A stretch of 64,000 bases of DNA. Source: Fibrobacterales bacterium (lineage in GTDB: Bacteria > Fibrobacterota > Fibrobacteria > Fibrobacterales > JAOPTW01). Of this stretch, positions 41,152 to 50,431 are shown piece by piece. Both the position numbers and the translations under genes were made by a program. The DNA is taken from contig JAOPTW010000011.1 of NCBI GenBank assembly GCA_051532035.1, forward strand, positions 1 through 64,000, read 5' to 3'. The notes under the pieces are model-generated. The model saw nothing but the letters and a program-made list of their open reading frames with translations. It was not told the origin of the DNA and did not search any database. Each line of letters opens with the position of its first letter. Within the stretch, counting starts at the first letter, position 1.

Positions 41152-42270
41152 ATGAAGTACCGTTTAGTGTCGTTACTGCTGACTACAGCAGTTCTATTGT
41201 TTCAATCTGGCTGTCTGTTTTCTGAGTCTTATTCTGTTGCACCGTTAGGAAATTCTTCTGGAGAATCACAAAGTTCTTCTGAAGAGCTACCAGAAGGTGA
41301 GTATCCATCAAGTTTTGATCCTGATGACTGGGGTTTTGAAGCGGATATGGAAAATGTTGAGACCATGGACGTTGATATCTATTATACAGATGGTCGAGGG
41401 GCTGTTCTAAAGGATGATAATGATGAACCAGTAGTTGCTGAAGATACTATTGTCGAGTATATTCCCGTACCATTTTACGTAGATCACCATTTTATTGGTG
41501 AAGGCTGGATGGGGGCTGGAAGTAAAGAGGGATATATGAATCTTCACAGGGACTGTGAAATTGGGCCCGTTGATAGAAAAGGGGGCTACATTGAGGATAG
41601 TGAAGAGCTTGAGGAAGGTGATAGTTATAAACCTAATATTAATCTCTGTAAGCATTATGTGTTTAAACCCGATTATGATGATGATGATGTTGTTACTAAT
41701 TGGGTTGGAGTTGCTTGGCTTTGGAATTCAAATTGGGGATTGGAGCCTACTGAGTTAATACGCATTGGTCCAGGTGCTCGAAAAATAAGTTTTTGGGCCA
41801 AATCAGCTCGGGCCTCTAAAACGGTGTATAATTCGGATGAATCGGGCCTCTGGTATCTTACTGAACCAGATAACTCTACAACCTCTCGAGAACATAACCA
41901 TAGTATTGGTATAGGAGTCTGTGGAAATAGAGGAGGACAATGTGATTGGGACCCAATGAGTATGGAATTTGTGGTCAGCCTCTCTGATAAATGGGAATAC
42001 TTTGAGTTACCTCTTCCTGAAAAAACATATGTAACCTATCAAGATATGTTTCAAATGGACACTCTCACTGTTATCGATAGAGATTTTCCGCATCTTGTTT
42101 CATTTGGGTTTATGTGGACTAATGCTCAATATGATACTCCTGAAGGTGACTCTCTTGATTTTTATATAGATAGAATCCGTTATTCTGATGAACCTCTGTA
42201 TGGAGGGACACCAGGTATCTACGAAACAACTATTACTGGGTATGATATTACTAGACAGTTGAGTGAATAG
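41152..42270 (+). CDS. Acidic hypothetical lipoprotein, possible carbohydrate-binding beta-sandwich
   Basis: Lipobox QSGC; GWMG, WVGVAW, KISFWAK, FYIDRIRY pattern. Confidence 0.6.
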   Translation: MKYRLVSLLLTTAVLLFQSGCLFSESYSVAPLGNSSGESQSSSEELPEGEYPSSFDPDDWGFEADMENVETMDVDIYYTDGRGAVLKDDNDEPVVAEDTIVEYIPVPFYVDHHFIGEGWMGAGSKEGYMNLHRDCEIGPVDRKGGYIEDSEELEEGDSYKPNINLCKHYVFKPDYDDDDVVTNWVGVAWLWNSNWGLEPTELIRIGPGARKISFWAKSARASKTVYNSDESGLWYLTEPDNSTTSREHNHSIGIGVCGNRGGQCDWDPMSMEFVVSLSDKWEYFELPLPEKTYVTYQDMFQMDTLTVIDRDFPHLVSFGFMWTNAQYDTPEGDSLDFYIDRIRYSDEPLYGGTPGIYETTITGYDITRQLSE

Positions 42271-42294
42271 CTAGAATAACCTCAAAGCATAGTA

Positions 42295-43779
42295 TTACAC
42301 ACTATACCAACCAGAGACCAGCGGTTTTTGGTTGGGTGTCGTATCCATAGTAATAGTCTTTTTGCGACAGTACGACTTTAAACTATCCAGACCAAGCTCC
42401 TTACCATACCCACTACTCTTAAAGCCGCCAAAGGGAACTTCACTCGAGAAAGCTCCATAGGTATTGACCCAAACAGTTCCTACATTCAATGCTCTTGTTA
42501 CACGCTGTATATCTGCTTGATTATTGCTCCATACCGAAGCAGCGAGCCCATACTCAGAACTATTTGCCAGTGTTATAGCCTCATCAATTGAACTAAAAGG
42601 TGCGGTAATTAGAACGGGCCCAAATACCTCTTCATTCCATATATCCATATCCGATGTTACATTACTTAATATAGTAGGTGGGAAGAAAGCACCTTCTGTA
42701 GGGATTTCACTCAGTTGGAGTGGGGTTAATCTCACAGCACCCTGACCAATAGCTTGTGCGACCATTTGTGATACCTTCTCTCTATGGACACTACTAATTA
42801 AGGGACCCATATCTGTTGTGGGTCGTTCTCCCGAAGCGATCACTAATGCAGAGGCTTTCTGTGCAAGAAGCTCGGTAAATTGTTTGTAGATAGATTCATG
42901 AATGAGCAGTCGAGAGCCAGCGACACACATTTGCCCTTGGTTCATAAAAATGGTTGTTAAAATGGTGCGAGCGGTACTTTCTAGGTCACAATCTTCACCC
43001 ACAATAGTGGGGGACTTTCCACCCAGTTCAAGAGTAACAGGTGCAAGGTTTTTTGCGGTACTCTCTACAATGGCTCGTCCTGTTTTTGTAGACCCTGTAA
43101 AGGAGACTTTAGCAATATCCCTATGTCCGGTCAGCGTTGGACCGATCTCTTGGCCAATGCCCGTTACTACATTAAGTGCACCTTTTGGCAGGTCTGTTAC
43201 ACTCAGTTTTTCACACAGTGTTAGGAGTGATACTGAAGTGAGTTCAGATGGTTTCATCACGATAGTGTTACCGGCTGCAAGAGCAGGAGCAATTTTCCAT
43301 GCTGCCATCAAGAGGGGATAGTTCCATGGAATTATTTGTGCAACAACACCAAGGGGCTCATACTGAGTATACGAGAAGGTACTCCCATCTGTAGGGAACG
43401 TCTCGCCCTTAAGTGAGAGTACTAAGGATGCATAGGTTCTAAAAACCTTTGCTGCTTCGGGAATATCTATGAGTGATGACTCTTTAATGGGTTTACCATT
43501 CTCTTGAGTCTCTATTTGTGAGAGTAATCCTGAGTGCTCTTCAATAACGTCGGCAATTTCACGTAACATATCGGCTCTGTCGTGATACGAAAGCGCCCGC
43601 CATTCATCAGATTGGTAGCACTTTTTTGCGGATGTTACGGCTCTATGTATATCTTCTGGTGACCCCTGTTGAATAGTCCACAGTAGTGCACCAGTAGCAG
43701 GGTTTATAGAATCAATAGTGTTCTTTGTAGTGCTTGTGCACCACTCGCCACCAATAAAGTGACCATACTCTTTAGACAT
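42295..43779 (-). CDS. Aldehyde dehydrogenase
   Basis: IIPWNYP, KPSE, FTGS, LELGGKSP, NQGQMC (catalytic Cys), EEVFGP. Confidence 0.96.
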   Translation of the reverse strand: MSKEYGHFIGGEWCTSTTKNTIDSINPATGALLWTIQQGSPEDIHRAVTSAKKCYQSDEWRALSYHDRADMLREIADVIEEHSGLLSQIETQENGKPIKESSLIDIPEAAKVFRTYASLVLSLKGETFPTDGSTFSYTQYEPLGVVAQIIPWNYPLLMAAWKIAPALAAGNTIVMKPSELTSVSLLTLCEKLSVTDLPKGALNVVTGIGQEIGPTLTGHRDIAKVSFTGSTKTGRAIVESTAKNLAPVTLELGGKSPTIVGEDCDLESTARTILTTIFMNQGQMCVAGSRLLIHESIYKQFTELLAQKASALVIASGERPTTDMGPLISSVHREKVSQMVAQAIGQGAVRLTPLQLSEIPTEGAFFPPTILSNVTSDMDIWNEEVFGPVLITAPFSSIDEAITLANSSEYGLAASVWSNNQADIQRVTRALNVGTVWVNTYGAFSSEVPFGGFKSSGYGKELGLDSLKSYCRKKTITMDTTPNQKPLVSGWYSV

Positions 43780-44776
43780 GTTCAAGTTCCTTTACGGGGG
43801 CGTCTTTCCAGAGATCAAAGATTCTATAAAAGGGGGCGTACCATTTTGAGAGATCGCCAATGTGGCCTTTTATAAGTTTCAGCTTTTTTTGACTGGTTGC
43901 TGCAAATGGATCGAGCCTCCCATTAAAGACATGAACCCAAATCTCTCGTTTACCCATGTTGATAAAGTCGGCATCATCATCATTGGTGATTTTAGTAAGG
44001 ACACCTTTTTTGAAATGCATGTTGTACAGCGTCCCATCATCCGAAAGCTTAATAGCATACCGAGTAGTTAAGTCCGAAGCTTCTCCCAGTGAGAGGGCTT
44101 CGGAGTCATTATTAATGAGATTTTGGAGTCTCTGCATGTGAGCATCAGTAAATACCTCATAGGTCGCATTGGATTTGTCAGAGACGATTTCTGTTTTTTT
44201 TGATGTGTCTTGCCCAAGGAGGAGTGAATTAAGAGTGATTGTTGCTGCTGACTCAGCAGTGTCAGCTAAGGAATATGCCTCTATAAGGGTGTCGCCAGCG
44301 GCTACAAGACCATGCTTTTCGAGAAAGACAATCGAACTCGTTTGAAAGGCGTTGAGTAATGCAGGTATATCGGTAACTGTTGGACTTTTCTGTGTAAGTA
44401 CCGGCGGTTGGCCTAAAATGAGTGATGACTCATAGGTACTTGGTTCAATTGCTCTGTTACAGTTAAGAAGAGAGAGTAAGCTCGTTGGGTGAAGATGGAC
44501 GACAGCTTGATAATTTTCGGTGTTGTATAGAGCGAGATGCATCTCAGTTTCGGTAGAGGTTCGCTTTTCATTTTCCTCAATTAATGAACCGGTAGTATCA
44601 ATAAGTAGAATATCTTCTTCTGTAATAAAACCGAGGGAGGTTTGATGTGCAGTAATCAGAATTTCATTCTCATTCAGTCGACAGGATATGTTGCCACCCC
44701 AACCAGAGGTGAGCCCTTTGGTAAAGGCCATTTTTCCTATCTCTATTATCTGTTCTATACAACGTTGTCTGCTCAT
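43772..44776 (-). CDS. Class II aldolase/adducin domain fused to C-terminal SCP2 (sterol-carrier-like) domain
   Basis: GGNIS, STETEMH, VHLHP and KHGL metal ligands. C-terminal ADF...W..VFNGRLDPFAA..QKKLKL.KG pattern of SCP2. Confidence 0.82.
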   Translation of the reverse strand: MSRQRCIEQIIEIGKMAFTKGLTSGWGGNISCRLNENEILITAHQTSLGFITEEDILLIDTTGSLIEENEKRTSTETEMHLALYNTENYQAVVHLHPTSLLSLLNCNRAIEPSTYESSLILGQPPVLTQKSPTVTDIPALLNAFQTSSIVFLEKHGLVAAGDTLIEAYSLADTAESAATITLNSLLLGQDTSKKTEIVSDKSNATYEVFTDAHMQRLQNLINNDSEALSLGEASDLTTRYAIKLSDDGTLYNMHFKKGVLTKITNDDDADFINMGKREIWVHVFNGRLDPFAATSQKKLKLIKGHIGDLSKWYAPFYRIFDLWKDAPVKELEHV

Positions 44777-45255
44777 CAGTTATTCTCTAAAATAAGTTTA
44801 TTGGTAAGGTTGGGCAAATGAATGTCTGTATCTGGAATACGGTCGTACTCAAAAGGGATGCTATTAACGCCATTTGGCACAATGTCACTATCAAAAAAGG
44901 AGAGGTCAGGTATTTCTGACTTTTCAATTGGAATGGTATAGGCGGGGATCGTTGACTGTTTTGAAAAGAGAAGTCCCATAGCGCTCCCCGGAAGGGTATT
45001 CCATTCGGTAGTATTATTTTTGTGGCCTTGAATATACAGGGCACTGATCTCTTTATTCTGAAAGAGCGATCCAATCATATTATCAGTAATGAGAGTCAAG
45101 GATAATTCATGCATAGTATTGTTTTGTATCGCTTCAGCGACATCCTTTTCAAAAGGGCGTGTTTCAGTCACATAGAGTGTAGCGCATTCAGCATGATTCG
45201 ATTGAATGATAGCAAGGGTCTGTTCTGTAGGAATACCAATGAGGAGTATATTCAT
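44776..45255 (-). CDS. Short MtnA/eIF2B-like Rossmann half-domain protein
   Basis: LYVTETRPF and LTLITDNMIG echo the C-terminal domain of MtnA. AAGGA RBS; stop overlaps the aldolase start. Confidence 0.6.
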   Translation of the reverse strand: MNILLIGIPTEQTLAIIQSNHAECATLYVTETRPFEKDVAEAIQNNTMHELSLTLITDNMIGSLFQNKEISALYIQGHKNNTTEWNTLPGSAMGLLFSKQSTIPAYTIPIEKSEIPDLSFFDSDIVPNGVNSIPFEYDRIPDTDIHLPNLTNKLILENN

Positions 45256-45270
45256 AATTTCCTTTAATAA

Positions 45271-45299
45271 AGAACCGCACCCAATTAGGGTGCAGTTCT
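45271..45299 (-). terminator. Intra-operon stem-loop after radical SAM gene
   Basis: Minus strand AGAACUGCACCC-UAAUU-GGGUGCGGUUCU with only a weak U tract. Confidence 0.6.
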
Positions 45300-45306
45300 T
45301 CTCGTG

Positions 45307-46806
45307 TTATTGTGCAGCGGTTGTTTCTGATGCCGCTTCAGCTTGAGCACCAGAGCCTTCTCCACCTGCAGATTTTGCATAATCATCCATAGAGCGCATA
45401 TAGCTTTGGAAAATTTTCAGGGGGAATGAGTTGATTGTTTTACTTTCGAGTATGCGTTGCACGCGCCCTCTGGCTGAGTAAAACTCACGGTTTGCCCATG
45501 AGGCAATTTGTCCGAGCTCTTCTCGTGCAAGGTGCTTAGTACGTACTACTGGCTCATGAAAGTTCCAGCGGTCGAAATCGGTAATTTCACAAAACTCTTT
45601 CACTTCTTCATACATTGGAATTCCCGGTACAGGGAGAAGCATCTGGAGTGCCATGATGTCTGGATCGATATCATCGAGAACTGCGAAACGTTTTTTAAGA
45701 CTCCGAGCACTGTCATCAGGGAACCCAATGATCCATGTAATTACAGAAGTAATGTTCATTTCACGAAGTGCTTCAGTCACTTCTTTAATCTCAGCAACGG
45801 TTGTACCTTTTTTGACTTTTTTTAACTCTGCGTCATCGGTTACTTCTAAGCCATATATTACTGCACCGAGACCACATTTTTGAAGCTCGGGGAGTAAGTC
45901 GAGGTCACGTTTGAGTGAATGGGCATTGCCGAGGAAATTAAAGTTTACGGGAAGCTTACGTTCTTGAAGTTCTGCAAGGAATGCTTCGGTACGTTTACGT
46001 GATGGGTTAAAGTTAAGGTCAAAAATACTGATATTGTCGACACCATAGTTAACATAGAGGTGTTCCATCTCATCGACAACACGTTTTGCTGATTTGTAGC
46101 GATGTTTCATCCAGTCGTTGTTTCCCCGTGGATCCATAGTAACCCAGTCGATACAAAAACTACATCCAAACGGACAGCCACGAGCGGTAAAGATCTCTTG
46201 GTAGGTATCTATCTGATCATACCCGATATATTTATCCATAGGGAAGAGTTCATACGCTGGCATAGGTAACGAATCGAGGTCTTTAATGAGGGGTCTATAT
46301 TCATTAACGATGAGTTCACCTTTGTCTGAATGATGACAAAGCCCTTTGATGGTAGAGAGATCGCCATCGTCTGTTGCGAGGGTCGCCACGAGTTCGGTTA
46401 CGGTCAGATCAGGCTCACCGGCAATAACATAGTCATATTGTGGTGTTTCATTAGCGATAGTCATGTAGTTCGCTGCAATGTAGAAACCACCAGCACAAAT
46501 GCTCACTTCAGGGAACATCTCTTTAATCATCACCGCTGCACGTTCGTAGTGAGGAATGATCGAAAGTGTTTGTGTCATTTGATACGCATCACCAAGATAG
46601 ATGAGGTCTGGTTGACGTTCTTCGATTTCTTGAAGCATTTGTTCGTGTTGGAATTCTTCAGCTCTGCAATCGAGGGCTTCAACAGTAACTCCGGTAACAT
46701 CTCGTTGTATACACGCAGCCATTTGTGCATGACTCACGTTTATTGCAATATGTTTTCCCCAGGTAACCCATGATCCCATGGGAGGTTGTAAAAATAGTAC
46801 TTTCAT
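45307..46806 (-). CDS. Cobalamin (B12)-binding radical SAM enzyme
   Basis: N-terminal B12-binding domain (KVLFLQPP, CAGG, DYVIAGE); ARGCPFGCSFC CxxxCxxC; YGLE; IIGFP; PVPGIPMY. Start at ATG 46806 after AGAGGA. Confidence 0.92.
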   Translation of the reverse strand: MKVLFLQPPMGSWVTWGKHIAINVSHAQMAACIQRDVTGVTVEALDCRAEEFQHEQMLQEIEERQPDLIYLGDAYQMTQTLSIIPHYERAAVMIKEMFPEVSICAGGFYIAANYMTIANETPQYDYVIAGEPDLTVTELVATLATDDGDLSTIKGLCHHSDKGELIVNEYRPLIKDLDSLPMPAYELFPMDKYIGYDQIDTYQEIFTARGCPFGCSFCIDWVTMDPRGNNDWMKHRYKSAKRVVDEMEHLYVNYGVDNISIFDLNFNPSRKRTEAFLAELQERKLPVNFNFLGNAHSLKRDLDLLPELQKCGLGAVIYGLEVTDDAELKKVKKGTTVAEIKEVTEALREMNITSVITWIIGFPDDSARSLKKRFAVLDDIDPDIMALQMLLPVPGIPMYEEVKEFCEITDFDRWNFHEPVVRTKHLAREELGQIASWANREFYSARGRVQRILESKTINSFPLKIFQSYMRSMDDYAKSAGGEGSGAQAEAASETTAAQ

Positions 46807-46819
46807 TGTGTCCTCTTGG

Positions 46820-47815
46820 TTATTTACTCCAGGCCTCTGGTAATTCAGAAGGCGATAGAGCAGCATTAAATGTTATCAGTTTTGTTATAAGGGTGTGTGG
46901 AGTCATATCAAATGCAGGGTAATAGGCATTAGTATGCTCTGGGTATATCATTCTGCCTTTAAAAGTCGTAACTTCTCGACTGTCTCGTTGTTCAATTGGT
47001 ACAGCGTCTCCAGTTTCTGTAGAGCCTGGATCTTGCACTAAGGAAAAGAAGGGAATACCATACTTTTTTGCCATTGTTGCAATTTGATAGGTTCCTGTCT
47101 TATTAACGACATCACCATTGAGTGCAACTCTGTCTGCTCCGGTAATTATTTTTGTAATAATTCCTGATGCAATAACCGAAGCGGTTCTATTGTCCGGTAT
47201 GAGTGTTACCGGAAAGCCTTCGGCCTGTAATTCCCATGCGGTCAACCGTCCTTGAAAGTAAGGGCGGGTCTCAGTTGCATAATATGAGAGATACTTACCT
47301 TGTGCTTTGCAGAACTGTGCAATGAGCAGTAATTCACCACTGGTGTTACAGTGGGTTAATACGACATCACCATCTTCGAATAGTGCTGCTGCAAGCTCTG
47401 CTCTGTTGAGACGCATCTGTTTGATGCGTTCCAGAAAGCCCAAGATTTTGTTTTCAGCAAACTCTTTGCTGTCGACCTTGTTTTGAGCCATACCTTCAGA
47501 AACCCATTGTTTAACCATAGCGGTGTATGTTTTAAAACTAAAGGTTGGACGGCTCTTATTGAGTGCATCAACAGCATGGGCTATTGTTGCTTCAAGAGCA
47601 TTCTTCTCAGTGTTTCTAATGGTTATGATCAGGGCATAGAATACTGTCAGGAGTTGTCCAAAGGCTCGGGTTTTCATGTCGCGTATAACGGTCACCGCTT
47701 CTGAATAATCAGAAACGGTGATGTAGGTTATCGCCTCTGGAAGCGCAGTCTCATCAAGTACTTCAAACGTCTTACGCTGTAGTCGCGCCGACCAACCCAG
47801 AAGTGGAAATTCCAT
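46820..47815 (-). CDS. Divergent S-methyl-5-thioribose-1-phosphate isomerase (MtnA-like)
   Basis: LDETALP, SRPT, LTHCN, ETRPYFQG.LTAWEL, GADRVALNGDVVNKTGTY, PAFDMTP. Start at ATG 47815. Confidence 0.88.
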   Translation of the reverse strand: MEFPLLGWSARLQRKTFEVLDETALPEAITYITVSDYSEAVTVIRDMKTRAFGQLLTVFYALIITIRNTEKNALEATIAHAVDALNKSRPTFSFKTYTAMVKQWVSEGMAQNKVDSKEFAENKILGFLERIKQMRLNRAELAAALFEDGDVVLTHCNTSGELLLIAQFCKAQGKYLSYYATETRPYFQGRLTAWELQAEGFPVTLIPDNRTASVIASGIITKIITGADRVALNGDVVNKTGTYQIATMAKKYGIPFFSLVQDPGSTETGDAVPIEQRDSREVTTFKGRMIYPEHTNAYYPAFDMTPHTLITKLITFNAALSPSELPEAWSK

Positions 47816-48563
47816 GGGCACCTTTAGACTCAAGAATGTTAATTGCTTCGAATGCGATATCGATAGTTTTTGTTTCAGCTTCAAAGAATTTGAGGCTGCC
47901 AAAACCAAGTTCGCCAGTGATAAGGTTATCACTTACTGCGAGTACCGCTCCGGCTTTAAGGCCTTTCACTTGTGCTACAGTGAGGAGTGCTGAGGTGACC
48001 ATGTCGACACCGATACATTTAAGATCACACATCTCTGCGATAAGCTCTTTTGTTTCTCTGAGGAGTGCATCAGTACTCCATGTAAGACCAACATGGTAGG
48101 TTACGCCTAGGTTTTCACATGCTTCAACAAGTGCTGATGTTGTCATGAGGTCGACTACTGTTGAAAAGTTGGAAGGTACATAGTAGGGTGAAGTACCTTC
48201 ACCACGAATAGCACCATTGGCAATGATGATATCACCAACAGCGATATCTTCGCGCATTGCGCCACATGATCCTGTTCTGATAATCGTTTCTGAGCCACCC
48301 GCTGCAAAGATTTCTGTAGTAATTGCGGCAGGAGGTGCATACATACCACTATTTGCAGTACTTACCAATAGTTCACCAATTTCACCAGTGTACATCTCAA
48401 CACCTGCAAAAGAGAAATCTCTAATAGGGTCTGTTAATTTTGCTTTAACCGCATCAAGTCTATCAATGGGTCCGGGTACCACAGCGTATTTACCCAGTGA
48501 ACCTGGTTGTAGCTGTACCATTTTTAAAAGGTCTTGTGCGTCCATGTGAACATTTTTACTCAT
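47772..48563 (-). CDS. Nucleoside phosphorylase (PNP/UDP family)
   Basis: VVPGPIDR, IRTGSCGA, AIRGEGTS..Y, WSTDA, VDMVTSAL, VSD. Confidence 0.88.
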   Translation of the reverse strand: MSKNVHMDAQDLLKMVQLQPGSLGKYAVVPGPIDRLDAVKAKLTDPIRDFSFAGVEMYTGEIGELLVSTANSGMYAPPAAITTEIFAAGGSETIIRTGSCGAMREDIAVGDIIIANGAIRGEGTSPYYVPSNFSTVVDLMTTSALVEACENLGVTYHVGLTWSTDALLRETKELIAEMCDLKCIGVDMVTSALLTVAQVKGLKAGAVLAVSDNLITGELGFGSLKFFEAETKTIDIAFEAINILESKGAHGISTSGLVGATTA

Positions 48564-48593
48564 GTATCCCTCTGTATTGAATTATTATTTTAG

Positions 48594-48848
48594 TTATTGC
48601 TTTTCTGACTCTATATAGTCGTTCATTATAGTGAGCATTCCACCGAGTGTCGTAATTGATGACACTGAAGAGAGCGGTACATTAATTTTAAAGGTTGTTT
48701 GCAATCGCACTCCAAGAGTCATAATGCCGAGTGAATCAATACCGATATCTTCGTAGATATTGGTTGTTTCACTGATTTCATCGGGCTCCATACCGAGGTG
48801 ATCACAAATTACGGGGGAAAATTCTTTCCAAGATATTGTACTCATCAT
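48594..48848 (-). CDS. Acyl/peptidyl carrier protein
   Basis: 84 aa, acidic, DIGIDSLG phosphopantetheine attachment motif. Confidence 0.9.
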   Translation of the reverse strand: MMSTISWKEFSPVICDHLGMEPDEISETTNIYEDIGIDSLGIMTLGVRLQTTFKINVPLSSVSSITTLGGMLTIMNDYIESEKQ

Positions 48849-50431
48849 TACTCCTGTGTTACACTCATCATGCGAGTTAACTCTTCTTTTGATTGATCGA
48901 TCAGTTGTTGAAAATTTACTTTTCCAACACCTGGATTTTTTGGTATCTCATCAATAAAGATGATATTGTCGGGCACCATATATGGTGCGAGGTTTTCTCT
49001 GCACACTCTCATGATAGCCCCTGATTTTAATTCAGCCTGAGGGTCTTTAACGACATAGGCCCAGACCATTTCACCATAGAGCTCGTGGGGGACACCTACT
49101 ACTGCGGCACTCAGTACTTCAGGTATGGTTTCGACCATCTCTTTAATCACTACGGGTGAGACACTTTTTCCTCCCCGTTTTATGAGATATTTATTTCTAC
49201 CGAGTAGGGCAATGGTGTTGTCGCCAATCATTTTCGCATGGTCACCGGTCTTGAACCATCCATCACAAAATGCGGTATTATTCTCATCAATGTTTCCAAG
49301 ATACTGTTTGATAACACCTTTTCCTTTAATCCAGAGCTCACCTTCGACACCATCTTCTACGGCGGTGCCCTCTGCATTAAAAATACCGACTTCATTGCCA
49401 GTACCAGCTACCATAGTGAGCTCATTGGTGTTATTCACAAAGTCAGCTTCACTTTCAGCCTTCCATACCATGATAACGGTCGCTGTTTCAATAAGGCCAT
49501 ACCCAATACCAACGTGATTGAGATGAGTGAATGTATCTTTAATTCTATTGAGAAGTTTGTTAGGGAAAAAGTCCATTCCTGTATAGAGGCCTTGCACTGA
49601 TGTGAGGTCGAATTGACCGAGCATAGGGAGTCCAAGGATTGCCTCATAATAGGCTGGTGGGGCTGCAATTGAGTCAGCCTTCCATTTCTGAACCTGTTGA
49701 AGATAGGTGACCGGAGACATATCTGACGTTGAGATTTGTTTAACTCCTGCCATCATCATACCACTCAGTACCAATATCCCCGAAGTAGAGAGGGGGAAGG
49801 CGAGCATACACGAGTAGTTATTACCTTGTGGCATAGCCATTTCAAATGATGACTTAAGTACTGAAGCTCCAGCTCCTTGTGACATCATAACCATTTTTGG
49901 TTTACCTGTTGTTCCCGAACTGGTTGCCATCATAAAAGGGTGGTTTTCATCGGTACCTTTAAAGAGGTGGTCTTCGATAACCATTGCACTGACTGCTTCG
50001 TCAGCGTCATCGTTAAATGAGCTCACCGGTAATACGATAAAAGGAGCGTGCATCTGTTGTGCAGTTTCAGTAAGGGTTTCACACTCTTTATCAGAACATA
50101 TAACGTGACCGACACGACACCCAAGATAAATACCTACGCGTGCTTGTGCAGGAATCATGTTAAAGAGGGGGACCGCTATAGCTCCAAGACGTGATATTGA
50201 GAGTATAAGGTAAAAGGTCTCAGCACAGTTGGGGAGGGTATAACCCACACCAGCACCTGGTTTAATACCAAGAGCAATGAGTTTTTTTGTGTAGCAATCA
50301 ACATTCGTTTTAAGAGTATCAAGAGTGATAATCTCATCGTTTATGATCAGGAGTTCTGTACTCCCTTCTTTGGTGTACAATATGTTTTCTATAATGTCAT
50401 TAAAGGTATTACATGAGAATATGTCACTCAT
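48848..50431 (-). CDS. Adenylate-forming enzyme (AMP-binding / acyl ligase) 2
   Basis: TSSGTTGKPK, GYGLIET, WFKTGD, GRNKYLIKRGG, PKNPGVGK. Confidence 0.92.
   Translation of the reverse strand: MSDIFSCNTFNDIIENILYTKEGSTELLIINDEIITLDTLKTNVDCYTKKLIALGIKPGAGVGYTLPNCAETFYLILSISRLGAIAVPLFNMIPAQARVGIYLGCRVGHVICSDKECETLTETAQQMHAPFIVLPVSSFNDDADEAVSAMVIEDHLFKGTDENHPFMMATSSGTTGKPKMVMMSQGAGASVLKSSFEMAMPQGNNYSCMLAFPLSTSGILVLSGMMMAGVKQISTSDMSPVTYLQQVQKWKADSIAAPPAYYEAILGLPMLGQFDLTSVQGLYTGMDFFPNKLLNRIKDTFTHLNHVGIGYGLIETATVIMVWKAESEADFVNNTNELTMVAGTGNEVGIFNAEGTAVEDGVEGELWIKGKGVIKQYLGNIDENNTAFCDGWFKTGDHAKMIGDNTIALLGRNKYLIKRGGKSVSPVVIKEMVETIPEVLSAAVVGVPHELYGEMVWAYVVKDPQAELKSGAIMRVCRENLAPYMVPDNIIFIDEIPKNPGVGKVNFQQLIDQSKEELTRMMSVTQE

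Noticed and set aside
43772..48563. Ordinary methionine salvage operon
   Set aside because: No MtnK, MtnC/W/X or MtnD; the MtnA motifs are altered; the aldolase carries SCP2; and the genes are coupled to rSAM and carrier-protein genes.
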